Below, in pieces: positions 61,159-64,000 of a stretch of DNA of 64,000 nucleotides. The position numbers and the translations under genes are program-made. Each line of letters starts with the position of its first letter. Within the stretch, counting starts at the first letter, position 1. This stretch comes from Candidatus Staskawiczbacteria bacterium RIFOXYB1_FULL_38_37 (GTDB lineage: Bacteria > Patescibacteriota > Minisyncoccia > Minisyncoccales > Staskawiczbacteraceae), in contig MHPK01000007.1 in NCBI GenBank assembly GCA_001822075.1, forward strand, positions 5,975 through 69,974. Direction: 5' to 3'. Under the pieces are notes generated by a model. It saw only the letters and a list, made by a program, of their open reading frames with translations. It searched no databases and had not been told where the DNA came from.

Positions 61159-61232
61159 TGCGGGGTCGTCTAATGGTAGGACTAGAGATTTTGGATCTCT
61201 GTATCTAGGTTCGAATCCTAGCCCCGCAGCCA
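61159..61232 (+). tRNA. tRNA-Gln (anticodon UUG), CCA encoded
   Basis: UGCGGGGUCGUCUAAUGGUAGGACUAGAGAUUUUGGAUCUCUGUAUCUAGGUUCGAAUCCUAGCCCCGCAGCCA, with U1:A72, G73 and loop UUUUGGA. Confidence 0.9.
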
Positions 61233-61358
61233 ATTTGTAAAATAAAATTAAACAATTTTTAAAAATATGACATGGGCAAATAGAAAAAGACAATTAAGAA
61301 AGATTAACAAAAAAGCAAAAGTAAGATGTACTCATAGGTGCAAAAGATAAGTGTACAC

Positions 61359-61384
61359 AAAAACCCCGCGCTACGCGGGGTTTT
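61359..61384. terminator. bidirectional terminator aaaaaccccgcg-cta-cgcggggtttt
   Basis: 7-bp GC stem flanked by A and T runs. Confidence 0.8.
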
Positions 61385-61404
61385 AAAATACTTAAAATTA
61401 CCGG

Positions 61405-63162
61405 CTATTTTTCTATTGTCTGCCCGCCGGACTGCAAATAAAACTTAATTTCCTCAAAATTAAGCTGTTTTGTTTCTAAGTTTACTTTTACAACAATCCC
61501 CATGCCATTGCGCACATTTTCGTCAAAATATTGGTCAAAAACAAAATTTCCCAAAGAATAATAAATTCTTTTGCCCTTATATTCTTCCATGGGCACAATT
61601 ACATGGGGGTGAGAACCAATAATTAAATCAGCTCCCCCATCAATAAATTTATGCGCTAAATCTTTGATGGTGTCAGTTGAAGTTAATCTATATTCCGGAC
61701 CCCAGTGGCTAAAAACAATCACTAAATCAGATTTTTGCTTTATATCTTTAATTTCTTCTAAAACTGCATTTTGTTCTTCTTCGTTGTCGCCATAAAATTC
61801 GTTATAACTTATAAAGCCAATTCTCACTCCTCCCATTTCTTTAATAACGTTCCTTTGTTCTTCGGGGGCGCCAAAATAACCAACTCCAGCGCCATCTAAA
61901 TATTCTTTGGTGGATTCCAGCCCCTGCCAAGCAAAATTTAAAATGTGGTTATTTCCCAAACTAACTATCTTTATGTTTTCTCTATATAGGGTTTTAGCTA
62001 GGCTTGAGTCAAAGGTAAAAAAATAATTATTGGCAGAACCCGGCGCAGTTCCTGAACTTATTGATTTTTCATTTGTAATTGGGCCTTCAAGATTAGAAAC
62101 AACCAAATCATTGTTTATAAGCAAAGGATATATTTTTTCGAAAATAAATTCATTACTCTCGTTTTTTTGAGCATAATATCTTATTCCCCTGTCAAACATT
62201 AAGTCGCCCGTAAATAAAATTTGAACATATTTTCTTTCTTCAAAAAAGCCCGACACATAACTGGTGACAGAATCTTCTGAATCTCCTTCATAATCAAAAG
62301 AATTTTTATTATTTATTAAATTAAAGTTATAATTATTGGCGTTTTGTAAAAATCCATATAACACAGCAAAACATTTCGGGCAATCGCTGTTTATATTTTT
62401 TGCATTATCGAGTGTCAAATTTTTTAATATTTGAATGCTGTCTTTATCTTTTATGCCAGCCTCTTTTGCTGGAATATCATGAGAAAAATCACTGCTCACT
62501 ATTAAAATTGATTTTTTGCCGGCTAAATTTTTAAGTTTTGCGCCCAAATCTGAAAAATTATTAAAATTTGCCGATGTGTTTAAAACCAAGGGAACAATTT
62601 TTGCATTTGGAAAAAACTTCTTTATAAAAGGAACTTCAACATAAATTCCGTGTTCTAACCCCATTAAAGAATTATTTTTTTCAACAGTACCCTGCCCCGC
62701 CAACGAATTTACAATTTTTTCATCAGATTCTAAAACCCCAAAAGGCGTATCCCAATATAAGTCGCTTGTATAAGCAGTAACTCCTGAAGCAAAAAAATTA
62801 TTATAGTGGTCGGGAGAAATTAAAAATATTGTATCAATATTTTTGTTGCTTATTTTGTTGTAAAAATTTGCAATTAATTCTTTGGCTAAAAAATGATGTG
62901 AAATTACTCCTGCCTTAATGTTTGGGTTTTCTATAATTTTGGGCAATTTTAAAAAAACATCTTGGTAATTTTCTATGTTGTTATACGGGCTGGCTAAAAA
63001 AGTTTTTTGCCGCAAGTTTTCGCCTGCTATTTGTTGTAAAAATATTTCAACGGGATTTGAAAAATACAAAAAACAAATAGCCGCTGTTATAACAGCGGCT
63101 ATTGACCCTATTATTAAAAACTTTTTTATTTGCATTATTTTGCTTGCCAATCTTATCTGCAA
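61405..63162 (-). CDS. fusion protein: Memo/AmmeMemoRadiSam-B-like N-domain plus CapA-type metallophosphoesterase C-domain
   Basis: 585 aa with an N-terminal TM. GVISHHFLA...LISPDHYN is Memo-like. ILFTGDLMFDRG...GNHILNF...VFSHWGPEY...GSHPHV is CapA/PGA-like. Confidence 0.65.
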   Translation of the reverse strand: MQIRLASKIMQIKKFLIIGSIAAVITAAICFLYFSNPVEIFLQQIAGENLRQKTFLASPYNNIENYQDVFLKLPKIIENPNIKAGVISHHFLAKELIANFYNKISNKNIDTIFLISPDHYNNFFASGVTAYTSDLYWDTPFGVLESDEKIVNSLAGQGTVEKNNSLMGLEHGIYVEVPFIKKFFPNAKIVPLVLNTSANFNNFSDLGAKLKNLAGKKSILIVSSDFSHDIPAKEAGIKDKDSIQILKNLTLDNAKNINSDCPKCFAVLYGFLQNANNYNFNLINNKNSFDYEGDSEDSVTSYVSGFFEERKYVQILFTGDLMFDRGIRYYAQKNESNEFIFEKIYPLLINNDLVVSNLEGPITNEKSISSGTAPGSANNYFFTFDSSLAKTLYRENIKIVSLGNNHILNFAWQGLESTKEYLDGAGVGYFGAPEEQRNVIKEMGGVRIGFISYNEFYGDNEEEQNAVLEEIKDIKQKSDLVIVFSHWGPEYRLTSTDTIKDLAHKFIDGGADLIIGSHPHVIVPMEEYKGKRIYYSLGNFVFDQYFDENVRNGMGIVVKVNLETKQLNFEEIKFYLQSGGQTIEK

Positions 63163-63998
63163 ATTGTGTCAGCTGACAAGCATTTCATTGTTCCAAAAGT
63201 ATTGTCCTTGCCCACGCAATACCATGTGCCATCGCTTAACTGGCTTGAAACGCAAAAACTGCTTGCGTTTGCAAAACAATTTGGTTTTGACCCGCCTATA
63301 GCTATAATGTCATTGTTAAAATTAATCAAAGACTTGCCATATTCTTTCTGATAGCCGTTAAGCAGCCCCTTATAGCAAAGCGAAGCATAGCTTTGCTCAG
63401 AAGATTTAATCATTTTTGCGCTAAATAAAATTCCATTCATACCCGATTTTATGGCAGCTGTCTTTGCATATGCTGTGTCCCTATACGGCAAAAGGAAATC
63501 TTCGAGGCTAACGTAGTTTTCAGGAGCTGAGACTTGCAAAGGCTTATTTATATTTGAATGTTCCATATTTACCTTTACACTTACCGTCCCGCTCGCAACA
63601 TCATTGAATTTGCTAATTTCAAAATCTTTATCTGCTGTAACCCTGCGCAATAAATTATCAGTTTTTCCAATAAACAAATCAATTGAAACGGCTCCTAATT
63701 TATTTAAAAAATTACTCATTTCTGTCCTTGCCTTTTCCATATCGCCTGCTTCGGGCGCAAGCGCGCCATTTTCCTGGGCATATTCAGACAACATGTCAAA
63801 TAAATCAGGGAAGACTGCTATAAACCTATCTTTATTTAAAGAAACTGAATAATGATATTGAGGGCCTTCGCTTGTTTTTTTATCGGTAAGCTCTTTTATG
63901 TCGTAAACTTTTTTCTCTATTAATGTTTTTGTAATTTTATCTGCAAGCTCCTGCAGATTTTTTTCTTGATCTGCCCCGATATTTTCTTGCGCGCCAGA
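63153..63998 (-). CDS. hypothetical protein, 5'-truncated by the window edge; Cys-rich C-terminus
   Basis: The frame stays open from 63998 (…SGAQENIGADQEKNLQELADKI…) through the track ORF 63153-63794. The C-terminus has 6 Cys. Confidence 0.5.
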   Translation of the reverse strand, partial: SGAQENIGADQEKNLQELADKITKTLIEKKVYDIKELTDKKTSEGPQYHYSVSLNKDRFIAVFPDLFDMLSEYAQENGALAPEAGDMEKARTEMSNFLNKLGAVSIDLFIGKTDNLLRRVTADKDFEISKFNDVASGTVSVKVNMEHSNINKPLQVSAPENYVSLEDFLLPYRDTAYAKTAAIKSGMNGILFSAKMIKSSEQSYASLCYKGLLNGYQKEYGKSLINFNNDIIAIGGSKPNCFANASSFCVSSQLSDGTWYCVGKDNTFGTMKCLSADTICR

Positions 63999-64000
63999 AT

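Overview
AT-rich, gene-dense bacterial window with short intergenic spacers and many fused or truncated housekeeping genes. This suggests a small-genome uncultivated bacterium of the Patescibacteria/CPR type, which is an inference. The standard genetic code fits the ORFs. Recognisable content: a dispersed cell-division/cell-wall set (mraZ-rsmH-ftsL-ftsI, murC, a D-Ala-D-Ala carboxypeptidase, mraY, a murD fusion, ftsW, murG); a MacAB-like efflux operon; a VirD4/TraD-like ATPase; tyrS, aspS and gltX; rplU, rpmA and rplI; efp, pyrG and uppS; an hrcA-grpE-(2 extra genes)-dnaK-dnaJ operon with a CIRCE-like operator; rlmN; a UvrD-nuclease fusion; four tRNAs and one aberrant tRNA-Ala-like gene. Gene orientation flips from about 90% plus to about 97% minus at roughly 39.65 kb, next to a xerC/D-like gene. 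The most unusual signals are not ordinary genes. (1) A family of GC-rich palindromic repeats is inserted in frame inside coding sequences, including an identical 36-mer in both grpE and hrcA, further copies at the window start and in ORF 16588, and an unrelated palindrome in the helicase. (2) A GIY-YIG cassette and a miniature companion share the same terminal inverted repeats, and the cassette is bracketed by an 11-bp duplication of the tRNA-Ala 5' end. (3) A tRNA-Ala-like gene carries G3:U70 but only a 5-nt anticodon loop, beside a 98-nt near-perfect hairpin. (4) Several GC-rich islands are driven by near-consensus promoters and encode small peptides or apparently noncoding structured RNA. 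(5) 7-bp-periodic A/T-rich arrays sit immediately 5' of several genes, and one sits in frame inside a gene. No CRISPR array, rRNA or complete IS element was seen. All calls come from reading the sequence and the ORF translations; no searches were run.
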